Under the pieces are notes generated by a model. It saw only the letters and a program-made list of their open reading frames with translations, searched no databases and was not told the DNA's origin. DNA of 64,000 bases from an uncultured virus (IMG/VR IMGVR_UViG_3300024359_000004) (Duplodnaviria; Heunggongvirae; Uroviricota; Caudoviricetes), in IMG/VR virus record IMGVR_UViG_3300024359_000004, one strand, 5' to 3'. A program made the translations under genes and the position numbers. Below are positions 17,869-29,222 of the stretch, in pieces; the stretch's first letter is position 1; each line of letters opens with the position of its first letter.

Positions 17869-18576
17869 TTAATTAGCCAATTTAAAATCTTTTAGGAAAT
17901 CACGCAAAAACACATTCTTTTCTCCACCAACCTTCAAAACCCATTGTTGGTAGTTTTTGTTGTTTTCTTCTTCCCACTTATCCATCTCTTCCTCTTTTGG
18001 TTTGTATTTTCTACCTTTATCTTTCCATGGATAAGGTATTTTAACATAGTCTGGGTATAACTCTTTATTAAACACCCTTTCATCAACTAAAAAAACAACA
18101 GCTGTAAGTGTGTTATTTAAATCTGGTTCTTTAAATTCGCTAAATAAAATAGCATTGTCTCTTAAGTCATCTCTATGTTGTTGTAAAGTGCCATAGTATT
18201 TAGATTCACTATCTTCATTTGTTGTACCTCCATTAAGTATAATAAATGTTTTGTCTTTTCTAGCCCATTTGTTATATAGTTCTTCTATGTCTCCAGAACC
18301 TATAACATTTTGACTATATTCAACAACAGCATGACCATACTGTATTCCAGATTGTATAGGAGATATATTGTATGGTACTAAACCATACATTCTATACTCC
18401 AAATACTTATCTGTTTTTCTGGGTGTGGAATTTGATTTAACTTCTTTCATACCTAACCATTCCAAAAAAAAGTCTTTATCAACTCCTTTTTCATAATACC
18501 ATTCCTCTTCAAAATGTTTTAAATCTAATATTCTTATATTAGCTTCTAAACACCAATCGTACCCAGTTTTTAACAT
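17869..18576 (-). CDS. PTH2-like (peptidyl-tRNA hydrolase fold) protein
   Basis: S.IQ.GIQ.GHAV, T.IIL, F.EPDLN..LTAV motifs. Confidence 0.65.
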   Translation of the reverse strand: MLKTGYDWCLEANIRILDLKHFEEEWYYEKGVDKDFFLEWLGMKEVKSNSTPRKTDKYLEYRMYGLVPYNISPIQSGIQYGHAVVEYSQNVIGSGDIEELYNKWARKDKTFIILNGGTTNEDSESKYYGTLQQHRDDLRDNAILFSEFKEPDLNNTLTAVVFLVDERVFNKELYPDYVKIPYPWKDKGRKYKPKEEEMDKWEEENNKNYQQWVLKVGGEKNVFLRDFLKDFKLAN

Positions 18577-18586
18577 ATTTTAAATT

Positions 18587-18817
18587 TTAAAAATGTCTTG
18601 TATCTTCTACAAAAAGATTTTTATTTTTTAATATCCAATCAATAAAAGGTTTTTGCATCCCAGCTGGCAATGGAAATCCTCCCATATAAACAACATCTGC
18701 AACAATATGAAACTCTTGACCATTTTTAAAGTCAAGAGTTTCATTTATCCCTGATATTTTAGTTTTTTTACCATTTTTTAAACGGTAAACTCTGTTTTCT
18801 ATATTTACTCTACTCAT
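18587..18817 (-). CDS. hypothetical protein
   Basis: ORF track. Confidence 0.6.
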   Translation of the reverse strand: MSRVNIENRVYRLKNGKKTKISGINETLDFKNGQEFHIVADVVYMGGFPLPAGMQKPFIDWILKNKNLFVEDTRHF

Positions 18818-18826
18818 ATCTTATAA

Positions 18827-19153
18827 TTAAAATGGGATGTCATCATCATTTGAATGGTCTGGTATGACAACCTTAATATTTTTAACCTTACCGTTAACCT
18901 TAATAGCATTACCAGTTAAATTAACATAATACTTATCGTTATATTCGTTACCCCTTATATTAAAACTAATAGTTGCTTCATCACCAATCTTAATATCTTC
19001 TAATAACTCAACTGAATCTTTAAGAAATTCAAACTTAACATCTTGTGGGTATTGGTCATCCGTTGTTATTACAATTTCTCTTTTCTTAAACCCCGAATCC
19101 CATGTTTGAGTTTCGTTGATAACCTTCACAGTTCCTTCCATTGTGTACATCAT
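18827..19153 (-). CDS. DUF3127 family SSB-like protein
   Basis: SGFKKRE.V.TT..QYPQ, FNIRG.E, acidic DDDIPF tail. Confidence 0.85.
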   Translation of the reverse strand: MMYTMEGTVKVINETQTWDSGFKKREIVITTDDQYPQDVKFEFLKDSVELLEDIKIGDEATISFNIRGNEYNDKYYVNLTGNAIKVNGKVKNIKVVIPDHSNDDDIPF

Positions 19154-19204
19154 AATACTTTAATTTTTTTACAAATATAATTAATAAAACTTTAATAATC
19201 AACA

Positions 19205-19495
19205 TTATTCATTATTTTTTACTTTTTCTTTTTTAATCCCTAGGTAAGTCCCTATACTTCCACCGATTAAAAACGCAGATATAGGTAATAATTCCCCATT
19301 TAATATTGAACTTATACCGACAGACATTGATATGAGCCATGAAAGACCAATACCGTTTCCACTTAGTATTGCTGGTATTAACTTTCTCTCTGAGATATAA
19401 ATAACATTCACAGTTTTTAAATATATGAAAATTAATTGTGCTATTAAGACAATTAAAGAAGATAAATAAGGGTTGCTTAATATTATTTTAATCAT
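19205..19495 (-). CDS. small membrane protein (DUF5698-like)
   Basis: Three TM helices, GG.IGTY.G. Confidence 0.6.
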   Translation of the reverse strand: MIKIILSNPYLSSLIVLIAQLIFIYLKTVNVIYISERKLIPAILSGNGIGLSWLISMSVGISSILNGELLPISAFLIGGSIGTYLGIKKEKVKNNE

Positions 19496-19794
19496 TATAA
19501 AAAAGAATTATTTAATTTTTTATCATCTAAAGGAATACCTATAGATTCTGAAACCATATATAAATTTATTGAACTTAGATATGTAGACTTTTCTAAATTT
19601 TTAACACTTACTAGACTTGCTGAATCGTTGTATAATTTAAATTTATATTCATGACCCTTATCTAGCAAACAATCATTGAACGTGTGGTTATTATTTAAAA
19701 TAGACCAAAATGACTCATCGTTGATACTGTTTTCTTTATTCGATTTACTCGCAAACCAACAACTATTAATATTATTCCAATAAACTCTAATCAT
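19495..19794 (-). CDS. hypothetical protein
   Basis: ORF track. Confidence 0.55.
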   Translation of the reverse strand: MIRVYWNNINSCWFASKSNKENSINDESFWSILNNNHTFNDCLLDKGHEYKFKLYNDSASLVSVKNLEKSTYLSSINLYMVSESIGIPLDDKKLNNSFL

Positions 19795-19796
19795 AA

Positions 19797-20165
19797 TTAT
19801 AAATCTTCATCGTCCTCATCTTCAGTATCATTCAAGTCAAACCCCAAATCATTTTCAGTTGGGTTAGTCATGTCTTCCTTCATTTTCTCATACATTTTAA
19901 TAATCTCATCCTCATCCATATCTCTTAAATCATTAAAAACTTGAGAATCTTTTGCTTCCATAACTTTTTTAGCTGAAAACATAGCACACAATTCACTAAA
20001 TAAATTTATATCTTTCTCATCATAAATTAAACCACTAATTAATATCATAAAATTACCAACACTGGTAATCACATAATCATTCTTATTGATACCTTCTTTG
20101 GATAAAGCGTGACCCATTTTAAATATTTTTTGACTTAAATCATCGTGTCTTTCATCAATCTTCAT
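19797..20165 (-). CDS. hypothetical protein with acidic tail
   Basis: ORF track. Confidence 0.6.
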   Translation of the reverse strand: MKIDERHDDLSQKIFKMGHALSKEGINKNDYVITSVGNFMILISGLIYDEKDINLFSELCAMFSAKKVMEAKDSQVFNDLRDMDEDEIIKMYEKMKEDMTNPTENDLGFDLNDTEDEDDEDL

Positions 20166-20180
20166 AATAATATTGTTTAT

Positions 20181-20636
20181 TTAATTAAATATTTTTTCTA
20201 CTACCTTACCAGAAAGGTTTAAATCACCTCCATAACCAAACCAGTTAGTTATATTGTTTGACATTACTGGTTTACCACCTTCAGCTTCATTAACAGCTAT
20301 TGTTATGTGTGGTATTTCATTTTTTGATGGGTATCCTTCTACTTTAACAGCCATAGCTTTATCGGATAAACCAATACCAATTACTTTAATGTCGGCTGTT
20401 ACATTATTTTTTATGTCTTGGGTAACTTTATCAATAAGTTCTGGAACTTCATTTTTAATAATAGATTCTTTACCATAATATATAGTCATGTGGTGACCTA
20501 TAACTTTCCATCCTTCTGGAATAAATTTGGTAATTGATTTTAATAATTCTTTTCTAGAATTATCGTCTAGTACTACACTAGTATATAGAGTTGGTTCTTT
20601 ACCTTCCCTAAGGATTTCTTTGATTGTCTCTTTCAT
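20181..20636 (-). CDS. 2H phosphoesterase (cyclic phosphodiesterase-like)
   Basis: Two HxT motifs, HHMTI and PHITI; MKETIKEILRE leader. Confidence 0.8.
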   Translation of the reverse strand: MKETIKEILREGKEPTLYTSVVLDDNSRKELLKSITKFIPEGWKVIGHHMTIYYGKESIIKNEVPELIDKVTQDIKNNVTADIKVIGIGLSDKAMAVKVEGYPSKNEIPHITIAVNEAEGGKPVMSNNITNWFGYGGDLNLSGKVVEKIFN

Positions 20637-20905
20637 GAAACAAATATAATATGAATAATCCGAATTATCAAATTTATTCTGATATTTTTTACACGATATA
20701 AAATAAATAATTTGAGTTAGTACTCTAACTCAACGTAGAATATAATTTTACCATGTTCTTTTAAAACCTTTATATCACCATTATAACCTTGCTCTTCAGC
20801 TTTGCTTTTATACATGTCATAATAGTGGTCAAAGTCTTTATCTACGTTAACTTTCTTTTCTATACCTAATTTTCTAACGTTATTAGCCATAACATATAAT
20901 AATAG

Positions 20906-22135
20906 TTATACATTTAATAATCTTAAACTTTCTTTTGGGTTTAACATAAGGATTTTTAAGTATGGGTTTTCTGGTATATCACTATCAAGACCTCTAACGA
21001 AGTTTAATACTTCTTCTTTATTATTTATTAAATAATTAAAGAACTCTTCTGCCTCTACCTCTTTACTAGCAATTCTAGTAACTATTAAGTTGGCCATTAA
21101 CTTAAAATCATCAGGACCTTCTGATATGTCACTAACATTTTCATTAACGTTACCTGGACCCATGTATTCGAACTCAGGTTTTGGGTTTATCCATTCATTT
21201 CCACCACCTTTTATTTTAGATATCCTGTTAATCATAAGGGGTCTAAATTTAGATTTACCATCTGATGGTCTAGGTGGTTTTGTATATTTTTTAACTTCTT
21301 CTTTTTCTATTGGTTCTTGGTTTCCGTTATCATCAACATATGTGAAACTATATTCAGAACCTGTTGGTAGTATTGGTAAATAATACCCACTTTTACCTTC
21401 TTCTAGTACATCATATCCCTTAACCTTATCATATTGTCCGCTTCTAGCACCTAATTCAACATCACCACCAGTTCTTCTTTCTTCAGCTCTTTTATAAGTG
21501 TCTGCCCAACCAAACATGAATACTGTGTGTTTAAGTATCCTACCATAATATGGGTTAAGTGTTTTATTACCTTCCTCGTCTTTTATATACTTATTCATAT
21601 ATGAACTACCAAGAGGTGCTGTATAGTAAACATTACCTTGAGACATTTTTTGAGGGTCTTTAGCGTCTAAGAATTTAAATAGGTCGTTAAACCTTTCTTC
21701 AAATAACATGTCTTTATCACCTTCATATAAAGCTCTACTTTGTTTGTCTGCTTCACCTTTTTTATACGCATCAGTATAATTCATATTACCAATGATTTTA
21801 CCTGGCCAAGCATCTTCTGGTATCTTAACACCCCATAAACTATTTTTAGATTTATTATCTAAATTAGCTACGGTAGCAATACGATGATGTTTTGTACCGC
21901 TAATATAATCAAAAGCAAAATCTTGGTATGGGTCAAAATATCTATTTTTCTTTTTAAAATCTTCAACCCACTTAATAATGTCTTTTTTTTCTTCATCAGT
22001 TAATGGTCTCATAGGTATGTTACCATCATATGGTGCTGTTTCATCTTCGTTTATTAAACCCTTCGATTCAAGGTATCTTTGTTCAGCTAGTAAGTTAGCC
22101 TTTTCAATATTATGTTTCTTATCAAATCTTCTCAT
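20906..22135 (-). CDS. hypothetical virion-associated protein
   Basis: MRRFDK..NI.KANLLAE leader, repeated xxE boundaries, TATTTAT upstream. Confidence 0.6.
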   Translation of the reverse strand: MRRFDKKHNIEKANLLAEQRYLESKGLINEDETAPYDGNIPMRPLTDEEKKDIIKWVEDFKKKNRYFDPYQDFAFDYISGTKHHRIATVANLDNKSKNSLWGVKIPEDAWPGKIIGNMNYTDAYKKGEADKQSRALYEGDKDMLFEERFNDLFKFLDAKDPQKMSQGNVYYTAPLGSSYMNKYIKDEEGNKTLNPYYGRILKHTVFMFGWADTYKRAEERRTGGDVELGARSGQYDKVKGYDVLEEGKSGYYLPILPTGSEYSFTYVDDNGNQEPIEKEEVKKYTKPPRPSDGKSKFRPLMINRISKIKGGGNEWINPKPEFEYMGPGNVNENVSDISEGPDDFKLMANLIVTRIASKEVEAEEFFNYLINNKEEVLNFVRGLDSDIPENPYLKILMLNPKESLRLLNV

Positions 22136-22176
22136 AACAGTTTTTATTTATAAATATTACAATAACTTCTTAAAGT

Positions 22177-24246
22177 TTATAATCTATATTCTATATAATT
22201 TTTAAATTCCCTCCAATCAAGACCACTAATACCATGATAACCCTTACCCTTAAACAAGTCATTTAATTCTTCATAGGTCATATGTTTATGTTGATTTACA
22301 AAGTCATCCATTTCATCCCTGGAAATCTCGCTCTTAACCACCACTGGCATTTGTTCACAACCAAGACTCATTAAGGCTAACGCTCTATGTCTCCCTTCTT
22401 GACCAGAGCCATCTTCCGTGTAATAACCTACTGGGAACTTGTCACCATTCTTCATAGCTTCAGCGTACTTTATTACGTTTTCTTTGCTAACTGCACCAGA
22501 ATCAACAACGTCAACATAACTTAAACCACCAAAACCATGTGCAATCTTATATATGTATTGTTTAGGGTTGATATACATCAATTTCTCAATTTTACCCTTA
22601 GATAGTATAGAATAGATTGGGTGTTCCATCCCAGTAAACATGCTAACGCTATCCATGTCAAAATATTTACAACAATCGCATGGTTCGTTTTCGGTAGCTT
22701 CAGTGAATAAGACCTTACCTTTTAAACTTTCCTTAAGTAATTTCTTTATTGTTTTTTTATTTTCTGTCATAATATTCGATTTTGATTCTATAAGACCCTC
22801 TTCTTGGAATTCATCTAAATCATCGTCTAATACCCATGCTTCACCATAGTCTTTTATATCAACCTTAGTCGCTTCTTCTGGATGACCATAATTATATTCA
22901 CCATAGTGTGGTTCGTAAAGTCTTATAGCATCAGCTTTTAATATCGTCTTATCAGTATATGTTTCTACAGTATCATCAGTAAGAGCATGTGGTATTTCGT
23001 AAATATCATCATCTAAACGTATATAATCATCCTCAGTTGTTATATATTGACCTTCACCATAATAATTATGTTCTAGTTCTACGGTGTCATCTAATTTGGC
23101 ATACTCCCCTTCATACCTACCAGCAGTTAATTCTATTGGAAATGAATAATCATCATATTTATAAACCCATTCATCATCATACGTTTTAATACAGTCATCC
23201 ATTAAATAAACTTCACTATCTATAATAGTTATATCGTCTTGATGTGCGTACCCTTCTCTATACCCATCTGGTGTCCTGTATGATATATAATAGGCTTCGT
23301 CTTCATCTACAGTTTCACCTTCATGGTCACCGTATTCAATATAAACCCCAGCTTCTGAATGACCACCACTAGTATCTTGTAATCGAATCGAACCTTCTAC
23401 TTCACTACCATCAGCGGCTAGACTACCACTTTCTGGGTGATAGTATTGGAATGTATCCATGTATGGGTATGTATCATATTCACCACCATTTTCAAGTGTT
23501 ACTGTTGAATTAGCACTCTTGCTAATACCGTTTTCTTCAGCATAGTTATTGAAGTATGTGTTATATTCTTTATTTGTCGTATAAACCCTATCCATGAAGT
23601 ATTTGTCATTATCCATATGCCAAATTAGTGCTCTACCTCTAACCTTGTTAGTCTCTGGGTTTAATAACACAAGACATTTAACTTCATTAGGGTTGTCAGT
23701 ATAAATTTTAAGATATTCTTGAGCGTAATCATATCTCATACAAGAACCCATTGTTTCACCGTCTTCATAATTCTCACAATGATATGCTTTAAGGATATCA
23801 TCACCCTCAACCATTTTTAATTGTGATGTATCAGCTTTTTTAAGGTGACTAATAAGGTCTTCTATTTCATAATCCTTAATATCATTAATATCACTACCTA
23901 AATATTTAATAAGTTTATTTATTTTAAAAAGTCTTTCCTTAACCTTACCGTTCATATCTCTATAACCTAGAGTGATTAACTTTTCATTCTTTTTATCATA
24001 ATCAACGTAATCAACATTAGCATCATTTTTAATCTTATCACTATTAAAGAACGCTAATAATTTTTTAGCAAGAGGTGTGTTGATATTACTTAATTTTTTG
24101 GTTAACTTATCACCAACTTTTATTTCTTTTTCTAAAATTAATAAAAGTCTATTAGCCTTTACCCTATTCTCTCTCTCAGTTAACAGTTTAAAACCCTTAG
24201 TTTCCCTTATTGATTCATTAAGTAATTTTTTAATCAATTTTTTCAT
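22177..24246 (-). CDS. multidomain protein (GSCMR domain, acidic repeats, C-terminal ParB-like domain)
   Basis: MGSCMR...GRALIW...MDRVY, YPYMDTF; GQEGRHRALA; leader motif at start and internally (TIKKLLKE). Confidence 0.65.
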   Translation of the reverse strand: MKKLIKKLLNESIRETKGFKLLTERENRVKANRLLLILEKEIKVGDKLTKKLSNINTPLAKKLLAFFNSDKIKNDANVDYVDYDKKNEKLITLGYRDMNGKVKERLFKINKLIKYLGSDINDIKDYEIEDLISHLKKADTSQLKMVEGDDILKAYHCENYEDGETMGSCMRYDYAQEYLKIYTDNPNEVKCLVLLNPETNKVRGRALIWHMDNDKYFMDRVYTTNKEYNTYFNNYAEENGISKSANSTVTLENGGEYDTYPYMDTFQYYHPESGSLAADGSEVEGSIRLQDTSGGHSEAGVYIEYGDHEGETVDEDEAYYISYRTPDGYREGYAHQDDITIIDSEVYLMDDCIKTYDDEWVYKYDDYSFPIELTAGRYEGEYAKLDDTVELEHNYYGEGQYITTEDDYIRLDDDIYEIPHALTDDTVETYTDKTILKADAIRLYEPHYGEYNYGHPEEATKVDIKDYGEAWVLDDDLDEFQEEGLIESKSNIMTENKKTIKKLLKESLKGKVLFTEATENEPCDCCKYFDMDSVSMFTGMEHPIYSILSKGKIEKLMYINPKQYIYKIAHGFGGLSYVDVVDSGAVSKENVIKYAEAMKNGDKFPVGYYTEDGSGQEGRHRALALMSLGCEQMPVVVKSEISRDEMDDFVNQHKHMTYEELNDLFKGKGYHGISGLDWREFKNYIEYRL

Positions 24247-24247
24247 C

Positions 24248-26416
24248 TTATAACAAATCTTTAAATCTATTTATCACTTCAAATAACTTATAATTTGAAA
24301 ACTGTGTTGGTAATGTTTCTATCTTAACCATACCACTCATAGTCTTACCACTTTTCTTATCCGTTAATTCAATGAATATCTCTTCTTTCTCAAAGTTAAA
24401 CTTAGAATAATCAATTCTTAATTTAACCATTTCGTTTTCGAAACTATCCTTACTCATATCCAACTTCATGTCTGTCATAATCTTACTTAACTTATCCCAG
24501 AATGGTCCACTCTTAGTTCCGTAAGTAATATACTTTGGTAGTTGGTCTATTCTAACATAACCACTAAAGTCCTTATGTGTCATATTATCTTGGAAATGAA
24601 TGTATACAGTCTTTTTCGGTATGTTTATCTTTCTATCATAAATCTGTAGTGTTCTGTAAGCATCTGACATGTACATACTATAACTATCAGTGTATTTATG
24701 AACCATATTATGTAGTAACTCTCTAGCGTTAGATAAATCTGAATGATATTCATCACCAGATACGTTTTTAAACCAATCTTTAGTTTCTTCGTCATCACCA
24801 GTTTCATGATGGAACTCAATAATCTCATCTTCAAACTGCTCTATAAAGTGTTCAACAATATCATCTTCAATATCATCATATACATCTACTATCTGATTAA
24901 TATCTACATTAAGAATTTGATTTTCTAATTCTCTAACCTCTTCATAAATCTCATAATCTTCGACTGGGATTTGGAAGGTGCTTGATAGGAAATCTTTAAA
25001 TTCATCCATATCATACTCATCATATCTAATCAAGAAAAGCATAAATATTGATTTCTCAATCTCATTACGACTTATACTAAATAAACCGTCAGATTTATTG
25101 GCTACTTGTTGATTAGCTTCTCTATTAGCTTCATAAGTCGCATCATAGATAATCTCATTTATTTTTTCTAAAACCTTACCCTTCTTGTCTGAATTAATTA
25201 TTAAGTTATTTAAAAAGTCTTTATCATAAACACCATCACTATAATCAACACCAGCTTTCTGGTCTTCAAGGTATTCTAAGAATTCTTTTATATCTAACCC
25301 TTCAATGTTAAATTTAATTTCTAGGTCATCTTTCTTTTGGTTGAATATTTCTTCAATTGAGTTATCATAATAGTAGCCTGGTTCTTCATCGTCAATATAA
25401 ACATCTGGGTCATTATAATAACCACCAAGACTATCATATATCGATAAGTCTGGGTCATCTAGATTTTTAAATTCAATGTCATCTCTAACCATATCACTTA
25501 TTTGAAGGTCTGATGATAATTGCTTATTAATTTCATCATAATCATCTTCTTCTTCAGACTTTAATAATAAATTAACTATTGGTTTTGTAGCATTACGTTT
25601 AACCAATTCATCGATAACCCAAGTTCTGGCGTTATTGGTGATTAATTTTCTATTAATCATAGAATCCAAATCATCATCACTAATGTTACTCATATCACCC
25701 TTTAATTCTGGGTTAAAGAAATATAATAACTCTTCGTTATTATCTAAGAAGTTAGACACATTGATTTGTCTATCATTCTTATCCATATATTGAGCACTCT
25801 CAACATGAAATTGATACTTGTCAGTATTATCTTTTTTATTAATGATAGTATAAATCGTACCGCTCTTACCATATTGGTTAAACATATTATTCCTACCCTT
25901 ATATTTTGGGTTTGTTGAATGTTTACCCCATGCTGTACACCATTCAGTTGCCGAACCTAGAGTACAAGCACCCTTTTCAGTCTTAGGTTTAAATACAAGC
26001 CACTTCTCACCATTATGTAATAATTCATAATCTTCTTCTTCTAAAGAATCAACTAACTTTGTCACATTTGTTTCACCAGCTTGTACAACATAGTCTTTAA
26101 TGACATCATACATGTCTGGTAATGTCTTAATCATATTAGCCTTAAGTGGTAATTGTTTCTTATAAACAATTGATAAGTATTCATTTGCTTTTGGTAAATC
26201 TTCTAGTTTAAGATTGTCCTTCTTAAACATATCAAGAAGTATTTTAGCGTATTTACCAATCTTCTTAACTTCATCACCTTTAACTTTTGTCTTTGGGTCA
26301 GCTGAAACAATTTTATTAAATTCTTTTTCATCTATATCAGAGTAGTATTTTTCTCTGATTTCAGATGCTGTTAATTCCATTATTAACTCTTCAAATATAA
26401 GACTAAGTTTTTTCAT
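24248..26416 (-). CDS. large acidic phage protein with T.WCTA domain
   Basis: LGSATEWCTA...F..Y...KYQFH...MDKND motif. Confidence 0.65.
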   Translation of the reverse strand: MKKLSLIFEELIMELTASEIREKYYSDIDEKEFNKIVSADPKTKVKGDEVKKIGKYAKILLDMFKKDNLKLEDLPKANEYLSIVYKKQLPLKANMIKTLPDMYDVIKDYVVQAGETNVTKLVDSLEEEDYELLHNGEKWLVFKPKTEKGACTLGSATEWCTAWGKHSTNPKYKGRNNMFNQYGKSGTIYTIINKKDNTDKYQFHVESAQYMDKNDRQINVSNFLDNNEELLYFFNPELKGDMSNISDDDLDSMINRKLITNNARTWVIDELVKRNATKPIVNLLLKSEEEDDYDEINKQLSSDLQISDMVRDDIEFKNLDDPDLSIYDSLGGYYNDPDVYIDDEEPGYYYDNSIEEIFNQKKDDLEIKFNIEGLDIKEFLEYLEDQKAGVDYSDGVYDKDFLNNLIINSDKKGKVLEKINEIIYDATYEANREANQQVANKSDGLFSISRNEIEKSIFMLFLIRYDEYDMDEFKDFLSSTFQIPVEDYEIYEEVRELENQILNVDINQIVDVYDDIEDDIVEHFIEQFEDEIIEFHHETGDDEETKDWFKNVSGDEYHSDLSNARELLHNMVHKYTDSYSMYMSDAYRTLQIYDRKINIPKKTVYIHFQDNMTHKDFSGYVRIDQLPKYITYGTKSGPFWDKLSKIMTDMKLDMSKDSFENEMVKLRIDYSKFNFEKEEIFIELTDKKSGKTMSGMVKIETLPTQFSNYKLFEVINRFKDLL

Positions 26417-26418
26417 TT

Positions 26419-26616
26419 TTATTTTTCTTTTTTATCCCATTTAACCAATTCACCATCACATACATCATTAGCGAATTCTTCAGCGGTTGTGAATGACCAT
26501 TTATCATCACCCTCTGTTCTCTTATAAAATACTGGACCATCAATATATCTAATTTGATATTGCATCTTACCTTTCTTGGTAGATTCTCTAAGTAATATTT
26601 TTATTCTTTCTTTCAT
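26419..26616 (-). CDS. small protein with MKERIKILLRE leader
   Basis: ORF track. Confidence 0.6.
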   Translation of the reverse strand: MKERIKILLRESTKKGKMQYQIRYIDGPVFYKRTEGDDKWSFTTAEEFANDVCDGELVKWDKKEK

Positions 26617-27401
26617 AACAGTTCCTCGTCTATTGTATATTCATCATCATAAGCATTTGTTGATAAGTTACCAAGCTTTTCCATTATATCATTTCTTCTT
26701 AGTAATTTAAAGACAATATTCTCAACACTATATTCACCACCAGTCTCAAGACCAGCTTTCCTCATCTTTTTAATCTTATCTTTTAGTTTATCTATTCTAT
26801 CAATAACACTTTGGTTGTTCTTATCTTTTTCTATATCGTTTACTTTTTTAACAAACTCTTTGTATTTCTTTCTAATTGTTTCTTTGTCTAGTGAAATATC
26901 TTCTTTTTTTGGTTCTAAAACCCAATCACTATTAGTTAGTGAATAAACACCTGTTGAATGGTGTGGTTGGTCTTCTGGTTGTAAATATAATTCAACTTCA
27001 AACCCCTTAATGGTAATATCATGGTCTGAGTTCCATTTTCTTGTTTTCACATCCAATAAATCCTTAACCATTTCTTTGTTATCACCAAGTTTGTTAATAT
27101 CAAATATAATATGTAAATCAACATCAGAATATTTAGACCAATTATAGTTTGCTAAAGAACCAGTAAGTGTGATATCTTCGTAGTCAAAACCTAAATCTAA
27201 AGATTTCCAATAATCATCAGCAATCTTAATTAAATTAGTTCTAATATCCTCTTTTATATTTCCTTCAGAATCCCAGATATCTGGTTGTAGGTCATCATTC
27301 ATTTTAAATGATGAGAAATCCAATTCATCATTAAGTTCTGTTAATAATGACTCTATATGAAGACTCTCCTTTAATAATTTTTTTACAACATTATTTCCCA
27401 T
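26613..27401 (-). CDS. Pol-beta superfamily nucleotidyltransferase
   Basis: LTGSLANYNWSKYSDVDLH, VELY, GEYSVEN.VFK.LR. Confidence 0.82.
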   Translation of the reverse strand: MGNNVVKKLLKESLHIESLLTELNDELDFSSFKMNDDLQPDIWDSEGNIKEDIRTNLIKIADDYWKSLDLGFDYEDITLTGSLANYNWSKYSDVDLHIIFDINKLGDNKEMVKDLLDVKTRKWNSDHDITIKGFEVELYLQPEDQPHHSTGVYSLTNSDWVLEPKKEDISLDKETIRKKYKEFVKKVNDIEKDKNNQSVIDRIDKLKDKIKKMRKAGLETGGEYSVENIVFKLLRRNDIMEKLGNLSTNAYDDEYTIDEELL

Positions 27402-27478
27402 ACTAATAAATATTGAATAATAAATAAAAAAACCCCATACAATTAGATATGGGGTTTGATTATCTGATTAACCTTCAA

Positions 27479-27670
27479 TTAAAATACAGTTGGTACTACG
27501 ATAGTAAACAATACTAATAAAAAGGCACCAAAGTTTAGTGTTGATAACATTAAGTTAATTGCGTATGATTTTATAGTATCTGATTTACAATAATCAACTA
27601 AACACTTAACACCTACACTTAGGTTAAGCCCCATTATAATGATGAAAAAATAAAATTCTAAAATCCCCAT
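27479..27670 (-). CDS. small membrane protein
   Basis: Two hydrophobic segments. Confidence 0.5.
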   Translation of the reverse strand: MGILEFYFFIIIMGLNLSVGVKCLVDYCKSDTIKSYAINLMLSTLNFGAFLLVLFTIVVPTVF

Positions 27671-27693
27671 AATTAATTTTTTAAAAAAAAATG

Positions 27694-28758
27694 TTATTTA
27701 ATGTATCTAAAATCTTGTCCATCTTCAATAGACAATAATGTATGATAAATAAGCTTGATGACTTCTTTAACGTCACTCTCATGTACCGTTTCAACGGTTG
27801 TGTGCATATACTTTAAAGGTAGTGATATCAACTGACAAGCAACACCACCATTTGCCTTATAAAATGCTCCAGTATCTGTTCCAGAGTTTCCGTTATAACT
27901 TCCTCTTTGGAATTTGATTTTCTTTTTCTTTGCTACATCCACAACTTGCTTATGTAGATTAAGTTGAATATCTGCACCTCTAAATAACACTGGACCTTCA
28001 CCACATTTTGTATCACCAGCCTCAACAGGGTTCATAAGTGGTGTTGATGTATCGTGACATACATCTGTAATAATTGCCACATCTGGTTTAATAGAATTTG
28101 CAATCATATGTGCACCTACCAAACCAATTTCTTCTTGAACTGCGTTAACAATATATAAAGAGTATGGTAACTCAATATTCTTATCTTTTAGTTTCTTTGC
28201 AACTTGTGCAATCATATACCCACCAATTCTATTATCTAAGGCTCTTGAAATAAATCTACCATTTCTTTCTTTGAATTGTGTATCGTATACAATTGGTGTC
28301 CCAACGTAGATACCTATTTCTTCAACCTCTTCCTTTGACGTTGCTTCGATATCAATGAATAGTTTATCAACCTCTGGTGTTAACTTAGCTTTACCACCTT
28401 TTCTTTCGTGTATTGCTAACCACCCAAAGTGTCCCTTAACAACACCTTTCTCACCCAATATCTGTACAGGTGTTCCTGGTGCGATATGATGGTCTGAACC
28501 ACCATTCCTTACCACTCTAATAAAACCCTTACTATCTATGTGAGATACAGTCCAACCAATCTCATCAGCGTGTGCTTCAATAACAACCTTATATTTCTTA
28601 CCAGGATTTATAACACCTACGGCAGTACCATAAATATCTGTGTATGTTTCATCAACATATGGTTTAATATAATCTAACCATATTTTCTGTCCCGCAGTTT
28701 CCATCCCTGTTGGTGATGTTGCGTTTAAATAATTCTCTAAAAACTCTTTTTTCTTCAT
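27694..28758 (-). CDS. M42 family metallo-aminopeptidase
   Basis: AHADEIG, RALDNRIG, VQEEIGL.GA, DV, GTD, YMHT..E. Confidence 0.92.
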   Translation of the reverse strand: MKKKEFLENYLNATSPTGMETAGQKIWLDYIKPYVDETYTDIYGTAVGVINPGKKYKVVIEAHADEIGWTVSHIDSKGFIRVVRNGGSDHHIAPGTPVQILGEKGVVKGHFGWLAIHERKGGKAKLTPEVDKLFIDIEATSKEEVEEIGIYVGTPIVYDTQFKERNGRFISRALDNRIGGYMIAQVAKKLKDKNIELPYSLYIVNAVQEEIGLVGAHMIANSIKPDVAIITDVCHDTSTPLMNPVEAGDTKCGEGPVLFRGADIQLNLHKQVVDVAKKKKIKFQRGSYNGNSGTDTGAFYKANGGVACQLISLPLKYMHTTVETVHESDVKEVIKLIYHTLLSIEDGQDFRYIK

Positions 28759-28762
28759 ATTA

Positions 28763-29005
28763 TTATTTTTGTTTTAATTGTTTAATAAAGTCTTGTTTTA
28801 ATTTTTCACCAAACATTTCTAATATATTATCTTCACCAAATACTTGAATTTCAGCTTGTGAAATTTCAATACACCAATCAAATGTAACTTTTTTAATTGG
28901 TATGAAATTTTCGGTAATAATGGTTGGTGATAATTCAAATTTGAAATCTCCTTCTGTTTGTAATTTACCATTTTCAATTTTAATTTTTGGTACTTGTGTT
29001 TTCAT
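28763..29005 (-). CDS. hypothetical protein
   Basis: ORF track. Confidence 0.55.
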   Translation of the reverse strand: MKTQVPKIKIENGKLQTEGDFKFELSPTIITENFIPIKKVTFDWCIEISQAEIQVFGEDNILEMFGEKLKQDFIKQLKQK

Positions 29006-29220
29006 ATTAACTTTTTATTTAATTCATCTCTTGTCATTTGACTAATTAACCCAACACCTTCTTTATCTGAGAATAATTCGGTGATTCTTGTTGAGTATGT
29101 TGTACCTTCTTTAACTATTGTATCTGATAAAATCAAATCATCATTAAAGTTTTTAAGGAAATCTTTTAACTCACCGATGGTAATCCCATCCTCATTTATT
29201 AAAACATAATTATTATCCAT
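29002..29220 (-). CDS. hypothetical protein
   Basis: ORF track. Confidence 0.55.
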   Translation of the reverse strand: MDNNYVLINEDGITIGELKDFLKNFNDDLILSDTIVKEGTTYSTRITELFSDKEGVGLISQMTRDELNKKLI

Positions 29221-29222
29221 AT